The notes beneath the pieces were generated by a model. The model worked only from the letters and a program-made list of their open reading frames with translations. It searched no databases and was not told the origin of the DNA. Positions 54,330 to 64,000 of a stretch of 64,000 nt of DNA are shown in pieces (the first letter of the stretch is position 1; the number at the start of each line of letters is the position of its first letter). Source of the stretch: Eledone cirrhosa (Eukaryota); the NCBI GenBank assembly GCA_964016885.1, contig OZ024742.1:286378001-286442000 (forward strand), in the 5' to 3' direction. The position numbers and the translations under genes are program-made.

Positions 54330-55990
54330 AAGAATGTATTGTATATATAAATAACTAAGCTAATACAACGGTGCAACTATGATGACGACAGTTAAAGTAA
54401 TACTGAAGAACAAGAAATATATATATATCATGTTTAATATAGAAATGGCTTCTACAGGACTAGAACTGAATTTTTGGAATGTTTTACATAACTTTATTGT
54501 TCCATGAATGGATTGTACTTGTAATTTCCTAACTAGTCGTGTTCTTTCTGTTTCTGTGAAGCCTAGCTTCTCAAGATTTGTACTGATGCAGTTACTAACA
54601 TATTCCAGTGCCCCAATAATCACAGGTATGAATCTGAAGGTGTAATCAGGGTGGAGTATCTGTAGGTTTCTCATTAGTTCTGCATATATATTCTCCTTTT
54701 CGCTAATCTTTAATATTATATTGGCATCTGCTGGGTAGCTAACTTCCATTACTGTGCATGTCTTCTCTCTGTCCTATATCATTATATCTGGTCTGTTATG
54801 TTTGCATTTTATTGTGGTTTTGACTGGAACATTCCACCAGTATTCTTTCATAATATGTGTATGTATGTCTTCAAGATTTCTGTATCTTTTAATGTGTTTA
54901 TTGTCGGAGCTATCTTTTCTACGGATTGCATTGTACAGTGTTTTGGCCACTATAGCATGCCTCATAGGTATATAGTACCGTGATGACCTCTTTGGACAGC
55001 TGCTTATGACATGGGTGACATCTTCGACATTAATTCTGCTGAGTCCGCACTTGTTGTCACATCTGAATCCCTATCTTTGTGAATCAAGTATTTTGTGTTG
55101 ATTTCCTGTTCTTGGATTGCAAAAGCGTATCCTTCAGAGCCTATATAGCGGTTGTTGATCCAAGATAGACTACTTTGCTTATACTATATTACTCTCACTC
55201 TGGAGCTCACTGGCAACATATCCATGCATGATTTTTTGCTGATAAGCATGCAGCTTTTCATGCATGGATTCGCTTCGGTACTGCTGGGCAATTTCCTTAG
55301 GTGTGAACTTTTCATTATCATGCAGGGATTATGTTTCAAGGAGCTCATTCCCAACTCTCATGATCTTATCTGTCTCATGCAGACGGGCTCCTACGCTTCG
55401 AGGTTCTTAAATGTTGTCGGAGAGATATGATGTGACACTCAAATGCTGTCTGGACTGATGTTAGGCCTCTGCCTCCCAACTTACGTTTCAAGTAGAGACG
55501 GTCTATGTCACTGCTGATGTGGAAGTTTCCGGTGCTGTTTAGAATTTTTCGAGTTTTAACATCAAGTGCTCTGATTTCGTCTAGCGTCCACTCGAGTATT
55601 CCAAACGTTGCTATTTGGACAGGCACAGCAAACACATTGTGAGCCACTGTTTTATTGTGCGCAGAGAGTTCCGATGACCATATTTTTCTTAATCGGGTGC
55701 AATATTCCCTGATTACGCGTTCCTTATTACAAATACCATTAAAGGATATATTCTCATCTATTCCCAGGTATCTATAGCAGTCCTCGTCAGATATCGGTGA
55801 AACAGTTAGGCCATTGATAAAAATGTTGCTAGATTGGATTGTAGTTTTTCCCTGTTTTACAGTCATATTTGAACATTTATCTTGGCCAAACTCCTTTCCT
55901 ATATCCTTTGAGAATATTGTAACCAGGTCAAGATTTTTCTTCATTCCATTCATGTTCGTGGCATGGAGTTTCAGGTCATCCACAAAGAAA
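54330..55990 (-). mobile_element. 5'-truncated, decayed R4/Dong-clade (restriction-like endonuclease) non-LTR retrotransposon
   Basis: Translations include FVDDLKL..DIG.EFGQDKC, YRYLGIDE, SELSAHNK, DIDRLYLKRKLGGRGL, EGYAFAIQEQEINTK, a CCHC-like motif KC....EDVTHVISSC, RH..VA and NRPDIMI..MEVSYP..K. Frameshifts and stops are present. Confidence 0.87.
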
Positions 55991-56119
55991 TTCGACTTTC
56001 TCCCCTTCCCGCAAACTGGCTGGCATTGTGCCTAAATTAGAAATAAGTAATGGCGGTGCCCCAGCAAGGCCTCAACCAGTAGTCAGGAACAGATAAAATA
56101 GTAAAGATTATAAATAAGT

Positions 56120-56632
56120 ATCTGAACTCTTCACGTTCAGTTCATCACCAGAGGTCATTCCATCTGACCGCTTCATTACATCTGACCTCTTCACTGACCA
56201 CTTCACTACAACTACATCCTTCAGTTCACCACCAGAGGTCACTACATCTGACCTCTTCTCTACAGCTATTTCTCCTCAGCTCACTACCAGATGTCACTCG
56301 TCACTTACAGCTACTTTTCAGTACCCCACCAGGGGTCACTCTTCACTACAGATACGTCTCTCAGTTCACCATCAGAGGTCACTCTATCTGACCTCTATCG
56401 TCTCTCGGTTCAGCACCGCCAGGGGTCCCTTCATCTGACTTCTTCATTGCAGTTACTTCTCAGTTCACCACCAGAGGTCATTCTTCTCTACAGTTACTTC
56501 TCAGTTCACTACCAGAAGACCCTACATCTGACCTCTTCACTACAGTTAATTTTCCTCAGTTCCCCACCAGAGGTCACGCCACCAAACTCTCTCTACACCT
56601 ACTTCTCTCGATTCACCACCGCCTGAGGTCAC
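56120..56632. repeat. Degenerate tandem repeat (CAGTTCACCACCAGAGGTCA..TCTGACCTCTTCACTACA)
   Basis: The motif recurs about ten times at variable spacing. Confidence 0.7.
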
Positions 56633-56905
56633 TTCATACATCTATACAAAGTTTATAAACATTTATATGAACTAGATAATGTCGTTATATAGGTCATTTA
56701 TTCAAGTCTTCTCAATTCACCTTATTAAAACTAATTCGTGTCAAACTGAAATATGATTCAAGCATGTTCTTAGAAACCAATGTATCCAGTTCCGTCTCTC
56801 GATGCAGACGTGAATGTCTATCTATCTATCTGTATATATATTATCTATCTATCTAACTATCTCTCTATCTATCTAGCTGCCTATCTATCTATTTATCTAC
56901 CTTTC

Positions 56906-56986
<81 letters not shown>

Positions 56987-57032
56987 AGAAAATGTGAAGT
57001 AGTTTCAGATGTTAAAGTCCTATATTGATAAG

Positions 57033-57107
57033 GCTGTGATTCATATTTCAATGATGACAGTGGCCACGCAATTCCGGCTAACCAGTGTCATGATCTCATC
57101 AGACAGC
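57033..57107 (-). ncRNA. Type I hammerhead ribozyme motif (family H4)
   Basis: Minus strand reads GCTGT-CTGATGA-GATCATGACACTGGTTA..TGGCCACTGTCATCATT-GAAA-TATGAA-TC-ACAGC. Stem I is the same as at 33694-33767. Confidence 0.75.
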
Positions 57108-57945
57108 AAGCATATGTATATATTTCTCTCTCTGTGTGTGTATATATATATATATATCAATCTATCTATCTCTTTATATAACTATTTATGTATCTTCGAC
57201 TATTGTTGATGGAGTGTTTTAGCTGAGTGTCTTCTAAGCGAATAGAATACCACTGTTTAAACACTTCAAAAGTGGATATATTTAAAATTTGGTTCGTTTA
57301 ACATGTTTTTTTTTTTGCTGTTGTTGTTTTTTTTTGTCGGCGTGTGTGTGTTGGGGGGGGGGGGGGGAGCATCCATTGACTTTCAGTATGTAAATCAGAT
57401 TGAAAGTTTTATCCGGTCACCTGTTCCTTTAATAACTTCCTGAACTTTCGGTCATTTGATAAACTTTTTATTTTACTGGATTGGATGACATTTATGACGT
57501 CATTTATGTAAATAAACCTAATCATCATGTGTGTGTGTGTGAATGTCTGTGTATGTGTGTGTGTGTAAATGTGTGTGTGTGTGTATGTGTGCGTGTGAAC
57601 ATGTGTGCGTGTGTCAGCATTATTAACCCTTTCGTCTGAAGATTGCCACCCTATCCCTACCCTAACATGTCCTCCGCCACATAGACCCGTCTGACAGGAT
57701 GGAGGAGACATCGCCCCGGAGGACGGCGAGGAAGATGCACTGGAACAGCCACTCCACCTCATGGTGATCGCACTTGCAGGTAGCCAACTCCGCTCCGATA
57801 GTGAAAATGTAAATTACAACCCTATTGGTTTTCGCCTGGCTTTAATCGACTTGGTCAATCACAGGTTGGTTTCTGTCTATCAGTAGTTTTCCACAAACTC
57901 CAATAGAATTTCTAGATAAGTTGAACAAAAAATAAAGATTTATCG

Positions 57946-59030
57946 CTTAAGTCATTTGCCCAGTGTATTTTGTACCTTAAGCCGTTTGCCCTGTATACTT
58001 TGTACCTTAAGTGGTTTGCCCGGTATACTTTGTACCTTAAGCCGTTTGCCCTGTATATTTTGTACCTTAAGCCGTTTGCCCTGTATACTTTGTACCTTAA
58101 GTGGTTTGCCCGGTATATTTTGTACCTTAAGCTGTTTGCCCTGTATATTTTGTACCTTAAGCCGTTTGCCTTGTATACTTTGTACCTTAAGTGGTTTGCC
58201 CGGTATACTTTGTACCTTAAGCCGTTTGCCCTGTATATTTTGTACCTTAAGCCGTTTGCCCTGTATACTTTGTACCTTAAGTGGTTTGCCCGGTATACTT
58301 TGTACCTTAAGCCGTTTGCCCTGTATATTTTGTACCTTAAGCCGTTTGCCCTGTATACTTTGTACCTTAAGTGGTTTGCCCGGTATATTTTGTACCTTAA
58401 GCTGTTTGCCCTGTATACTTTGTACCTTAAGCCGTTTGCCTTGTATACTTTGTACCTTAAGTGGTTTGCCCGGTATATTTTGTACCTTAAGCTGTTTGCC
58501 CTGTATACTTTGTACCTTAAGCCGTTTGCCCTGTATACTCTGTACCTTAAGCCGTTTGCCCTGTATACTTTGTACCTTAAGTCGTTTGCCCTGTATACTT
58601 TGTACCTTAAGCCGTTTGCCCTGTATACTCTGTACCTTAAGCCGTTTGCCCTGTATACTCTGTACCTTAAGCCGTTTGCCCTGTATACTCTGTACCTTAA
58701 GCCGTTTGCCCTGTATACTTTGTACCTTAAGCCGTTTGCCCTGTATACTTTGTACCTTAAGCCGTTTGCCCTGTATACTTTGTACCTTAAGCCGTTTGCC
58801 CTGTATACTTTGTACCTTAAGTGGTTTGCCCGGTATACTTTGTACCTTAAGCCGTTTGCCCTGTATACTCTGTACCTTAAGCCGTTTGCCTGTATACTTT
58901 GTACCTTAAGTCGTTTGCCCGGTATACGTTGTACCTTAAGCTGTTTGCCCAATATATGTACTTTCTACCCTAAGTCGTTTGCCCGGTATACTTTGTACCT
59001 TAAGTGGTTTGTCCGGCATACTTTGTACCT
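57946..59030. repeat. 30-bp minisatellite, about 36 copies (TTGTACCTTAAGCCGTTTGCCCTGTATACT)
   Basis: Seen directly. It generates the spurious ORFs at 57912-59109. Confidence 0.96.
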
Positions 59031-59065
59031 GCCTCGTAAATGGGGTGTTGGGGTTGAGATAGTGG

Positions 59066-59178
59066 AGGTGCGTGACCTAGTGGTAAGGGTGTTGGATTTA
59101 CGATCATAATGTCATGGGTTCGGTACTTGGACTGGGTTGAGTGTTCATTTTTGAGCAAAATACTTCATTTCACATTGT
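59066..59178 (+). mobile_element. tRNA-like SINE head fragment
   Basis: GTGACCTAGTGGTAAGGGTGTTGG..GGGTTCGGTAC..TTGAGCAAAATACTTCATTTCAC. Confidence 0.55.
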
Positions 59179-59179
59179 T

Positions 59180-59215
59180 GATGGTGATGAATGACAACGA
59201 TGATGCTGATGATGG

Positions 59216-59246
<31 letters not shown>

Positions 59247-59620
59247 TGTTGATGTCGATGGTGATAACCAAGATGATATTGGTGATGTTGATAGAGATGA
59301 AAATAATAGTCCAACTAATGATGATGATACTGATGAGAATGAGGAGGAGGAGGAGGAGGAGGAGGAGGAGGTGGGGGAGGAGGAGGGGGAGGAGGGGGAA
59401 ACTGGCTGCTAATGGTAGTGGTGGCGTCTCTGATGACAATGATGAAGAGGAGAAGGAGGAGGAGAATGGGGGAAGAAGAGGGGGCATGGTGACGCCGTTG
59501 GTAGAGTCAATGAGGACAATGCTATTCATAAATGATGATGGGGTGATGGTGTTGATGATTATGATGATGATGTTTATGCCAATGTTAACGATGTTGATGA
59601 CGATAATGATGATGATGCCC
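59180..59620. repeat. (GAT)n/(GAG)n low-complexity region
   Basis: Seen directly. Confidence 0.85.
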
Positions 59621-59818
59621 CCCGGTGACCAAGGAAACTATCACATCATTGTCATGTTTAAAAAGGTGAGTGGAAAAGTTGCTAAACCTTTGAACTGTTC
59701 TCAACTCTTCTCAGTGGTTGATTTACTCTCACAAGTGTTGCCTTTACAATAACAACGAACACAGAGCAACAGTCACAAGTGTAAGCTTCCACTCCTGCTT
59801 CTCTCTCTCTACCTCGCA

Positions 59819-59897
<79 letters not shown>

Positions 59898-59943
59898 TCT
59901 CTCTCTCTCTCTCTCTCCCTCGCACTCTGTATACACACACACA

Positions 59944-60008
<65 letters not shown>

Positions 60009-60036
60009 TCAGGTCACCAGTTGGTGCTACTGGTAA

Positions 60037-61190
60037 CATGTATCCCAGTACAACCTGTCTTATGGTCGGGTCGTTGGCGACTAAACTGGCAACCCCACCA
60101 AGGTTTCTTGGTGAGGAGGGTGACTTTGGACATCCTGCAGGACTAAAAACAAAACCTGTCAAAGGGCAAAGGAACTCTTAGGAGTCAATGGCCATCCAAA
60201 ATCACCGGGAGAGATGACCCCTTAGCCTTTGGCAGAATTCTAGGAGAAGGAAAACTCTGATATAACACCTGCAACCCTGATGGTATCCAATGATGTTGAC
60301 TTGTTCTTCTTTTTGGTAAATATCATCTTGGTTAAGATAGTGGGACTGGCTTTGTGCAGTGCCTTTGCTCACTATAAAAGCTTCACGGCACAGGCATTGC
60401 TTTATATCTGGAGATCTCTCTGCACTTGTCCTCACATGGTACCATGGGCCCAGCACTATGTGTCAATAATTGTCACAAGTGTAGTGTTTGTACCGGAGTT
60501 TTCAATACGCTGGCTGGACTAAAAAGTCACACTCGTTCAGTGCATCGGTAGGCGTTCTCCTACATGGATATAAAGTAGTGGCCGTACTCGAAAATGAGTT
60601 GGCAGCCACCATGTATCCCAGTACAACCTGTCTCATGGTCGGGTCGTTGGCGACTAAACTGGCAACCCCACCAAGGTTTCTTGGGGAGGAGGGTGACTTT
60701 GGACATCCTGCAGGACTAAAAACAAAACCTGTCAAAGGGCAAAGGAGCTCTTAAGAGTCAATGGCCATCCAAAATCATCACCGGGAGAGATTACCCCTTA
60801 TTCTTTGTCAAGGCAGAATTCTAGGAGAAGGAAAACTCTGATATAACACCTGCAACCCCGATGGTATCCAATGATGTTGACTTGTTCTTCTTTTTTGGTA
60901 AATATCATCTTGGTTAAGAGAGTGGGACTGGCTTTGTGCAGTGCCTTTGCTCACTATAAAAGCTTCACGGCACAGGCATTGCTTTATATCTGGAGATCTC
61001 TCTGCACTTGTCATCACATGGTACCATGGGCCCAGCACTATGTGTCAATAATTGTCACAAGTATAGTGTTTGTACCAGAGTTTTCAAGTCGCTGGCTGGA
61101 CTAAAAAGTCACACTCGTTCAGCGCATCGGTAGGAGTTCTCCTACATGGATATAAAATAGTGGCCGTACTCGAAAAGGAGTTGGCAGCCA

Positions 61191-61192
<2 letters not shown>
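60037..61192 (+). repeat. Head-to-tail tandem duplication of a ~575-bp unit between (TA)n tracts; RTE 5'-UTR-like sequence
   Basis: Copies 60037-60609 and 60610-61192 are near identical. CTAGGAGAAGGAAAACTCTGA resembles RTE-clade 5' UTR motifs (from recall). Confidence 0.75.
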
Positions 61193-61242
<50 letters not shown>

Positions 61243-61244
<2 letters not shown>

Positions 61245-61434
61245 CGAAAGAAGTGTGGTAAGGAACCAGGTGGACCATAACGCATCAGAGTACTCGATAC
61301 TTTGGGTAGTAGAGTGGGTAATAGGAAAAGAGTGAGGACCACGACGGCAGAGCTCGAGCCGTTTCGAGGGCTATTTCTGGAGTCCAGAAATAGCCGTCGA
61401 AACGGCTTGAGCTCCGCCGTCGGGGTCCTGACTC

Positions 61435-61438
<4 letters not shown>
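61243..61438. mobile_element. Family P1 foldback element (arms 61326-61381/61383-61438, 1-nt centre), opposite orientation to 18429-18645
   Basis: Centre reads ..CTATTTCTGGA-G-TCCAGAAATAG..; flanked by (TA)n on both sides. Confidence 0.82.
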
Positions 61439-61493
<55 letters not shown>

Positions 61494-61824
61494 ATATATA
61501 TTATTTTCCAACAAAATTTGAATAATTCGAGGTCACATTTCATTCGAAACAGTTGTAAGGGATCAAAAACTATTATTTGATGAAAGAGGATTGATTTTCC
61601 ATTGATACTTTTGTCGCTCACTTTTTGTCGATACTTTTGGCGCTCACTTCTACACAAAAGATTCCAGCATTCACTCCACACCCTCCGCCTCTCAATCCCA
61701 AGCCACGGTTAACATAAATTCAAATAATGCAAATATGATTTCGTACGAATTATAAAATGATAGCATTTTCTATTTAATACAAAACTAAATTCGATTTTGT
61801 AGGCATATATATCTTCTTGTCCTA

Positions 61825-62023
61825 TTTTTCTTCGCCTACTTATTCCTGGGGGGGGGGGGGGGCAGAGCCCCAAACACTCCTTCCAACAGGTCCTGTCAGA
61901 AGCAACCATCTCCAAATGATCCGGCTGAATCCCCAAGCATGACTAGCCAAGTTCAAGGATGTTATCCAACCATCTTGCACGGGGTCTAACTATGGGTCTC
62001 CTGACGGTTGATTTTGCCCGTAA
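61825..62023 (-). mobile_element. RTE-like LINE 3' fragment
   Basis: Matches 15245-15436. Confidence 0.7.
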
Positions 62024-63051
62024 TAAGAACAGTTTCTGTGAAATAAGTATAGATTTATAAAGTGCATCAGTGTGCATAACTTAATTTAAAATGGCAGAAG
62101 AAATAACTGTTTGTATTTGTTTTTTCTCCTCCATGAAAATGGTTCAGTTGGACCGACCAGAATAAACTGCCTTTAGCAAATATGGAACCAAAAGAGGTAA
62201 AATACTTGTAGCTCAAATACTTCTACTGCCAAAATTGAAGAGACTTATTGTTGGAATTGAAGTTATGTGTAATAGAACGCTGTATACGTGGTCATAACAA
62301 TTCGAAACATGGCGGAGATGTTGGCAAGCATCATCCATGAATCAGCGATCTGGAATATAAATAAAACTTGCCACTGAAATAAACGTAAAAGGTAAGTTAT
62401 AAGAAATAGCATCGTTGCTACTATATTCCTGTGAATCATGGAGGGTGACAATACCTATCACCAAAGCTATAGGATACTAAGAAGGATAAAACAAAATATC
62501 AAACCTCTGTCCAGGAGAAGTCTTGTACTCTCAGCCGTTTAACGTCACAGAAACCTGGAAAAGCACCGGTTTGATGAACCTCCGGGCTCGAGAGAGACTT
62601 TGGACTACCCACGCACTTTTCAGGGCCTCCTTGACTTGAGCCAAAAAGTTCATTTATTCTCAAACAGAAGACGTAATCAGAATGTTTGCAACATAATGGA
62701 CATCATATCAGGTACCCAAGGTACAGCCAGATTCTGGTGACGCAAAACCAGATGATGGATAAGATTTACCTCCCAAGAACAGATGCAATGTAATGCAAGT
62801 GGAAGCTAAATTTGAACGATTCAAGAATTCAATAAAAAAATTGTTGAGAATGTGGCAGTGTTGATAAAGTAGCGTCATTAATACATCCTGTCTTGTTTGA
62901 AGAAAATAATTGGACGAGAATATACTGAACAACAAATAACTAACAAGGACGAAGCCGGATTGCTTTAGTAAAGAATGCCTTCAGCAAGTTATGTTTATAT
63001 GTTTGAAAAATCTCAAAAAGGATATAATTTTTTTATACGCATAGTATAGGG

Positions 63052-63393
63052 CAGAGGTTCTCAAAGTGGGTACTACCCCCCCCCCTCCAGGTGGGGCGTT
63101 GAGAAGGTCCAGGGGAGGCTGGGGCCTAAGGGGGTGATGGGGGTAGAGATGATATAATAGTATATTTGATATCAAATGATATATATTATATATAAATATA
63201 GTAAAATAAAAGATATATAATATATTTTTATACATAGCATATATTATATTATTTATTATATATAAATTAACGATTTTATTTATTATATATTATTTACAAT
63301 TTGCGTGTAGGCAGATCTCTCTAGGCATAGGGGGGCACTGAGGGTTTTACGTGGCCGTAAGTGGGAGTGGCCCAAAAAGTTTGAGAACCTCTG
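63052..63393. mobile_element. hAT-superfamily MITE (Charlie-like)
   Basis: 14-bp TIRs CAGAGGTTCTCAAA/TTTGAGAACCTCTG and a perfect 8-bp TSD GTATAGGG (63044-63051, 63394-63401). Confidence 0.92.
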
Positions 63394-63732
63394 GTATAGG
63401 GTTAGGAATCAAATTCCCAACGATCAAGGGCTCAGCGCCTTAACTACGGAGACTACATCATCCAATGTATTCTTCGTTTTGTGAAGTAGATGGTGTTCAA
63501 CATATCCGCTACTAAATTATAATAGTTTACTTCGGTAAAACCATTTAACATAATATCCGGTATTAACTGTTTTAATACTAACTGTCTGAAACATTATCTG
63601 GGGCTCTTATACAAATCTGTTTATGGTAAAATGCTTATATTCATCTAAAACCTTTCCATCGTAGTTTTATGTAAGAAGCATTTTTTTTATTAAGCTCTAC
63701 TCCAAACAACAGCTTAATGATGTAAGCGTTAC

Positions 63733-63975
63733 CGCGAGATGGGGTGGCTGTTGCAGCAGGTGTCGCTAGCCATTGTCCACGGGAATGCTTTTGCGGTCTT
63801 GTCCGCGGGGCACAGCCCCATTACCGCCGCGCCCAATCATTCTCCCCCTCCCCACTTTTCTGTGACTCTAGAGTCCTTGATATTCCCTCCCTTTTCCGGT
63901 TTTTTTCTTTATATTTTCCTATTTTATATTCCATTCTTTCTTCCCAATCTAACTTTTCTTTTATTGTTCTATTAA
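63733..63975 (+). mobile_element. CRE-like retrotransposon, extreme 3' fragment
   Basis: WLLQQVSLAIVHGNAFAVLSAG is the same C-terminal motif as at 22725-22800, followed by a pyrimidine-rich tail. Confidence 0.6.
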
Positions 63976-64000
63976 ACTGTATTTACATGATATATTCCAT

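Noticed and set aside
57912-59109. 317-379-aa repeat ORFs, or a CRISPR-like array
   Set aside because: A 30-bp tandem repeat with no unique spacers, open in several frames, broken by a 1-bp deletion, in a eukaryotic context with no cas genes.
59191-59752. Acidic or Met-rich protein ORFs
   Set aside because: Products of (GAT)n/(GAG)n repeats.
62340-62480. SLLLYSCESW as a LINE RT remnant
   Set aside because: Resembles the LLYGCESW motif but is too short and degraded to annotate.

Overview
Repeat-saturated eukaryotic DNA, AT-rich outside the opening G/T minisatellite, with no recognisable host protein-coding exon. The SINE family and the very high (TA)n/(CA)n density suggest an octopod cephalopod genome (inference from recalled SINE sequence, not a search). 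Contents: a 13.1-kb GGT-derived 60/63-bp minisatellite; many microsatellites; tRNA-type SINEs; fragments of Tx1/L1, CRE-like, R4/Dong-like and RTE-like non-LTR retrotransposons; a 5'-truncated Penelope-like element (PLE) with an uninterrupted RT + GIY-YIG frame; further GIY-YIG remnants; a hAT MITE; and a probable Helitron nested in its own copy. The main signal the ORF track does not explain lies in the short islands between microsatellites. These carry about 17 hammerhead-ribozyme (HHR) motifs (10 with canonical cores) in several sequence families, many with self-complementary stem III and many inside long foldback palindromes. They look like a population of non-autonomous, microsatellite-associated PLE/retrozyme-like elements. 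All folds and coordinates were read by eye, and no activity is demonstrated.
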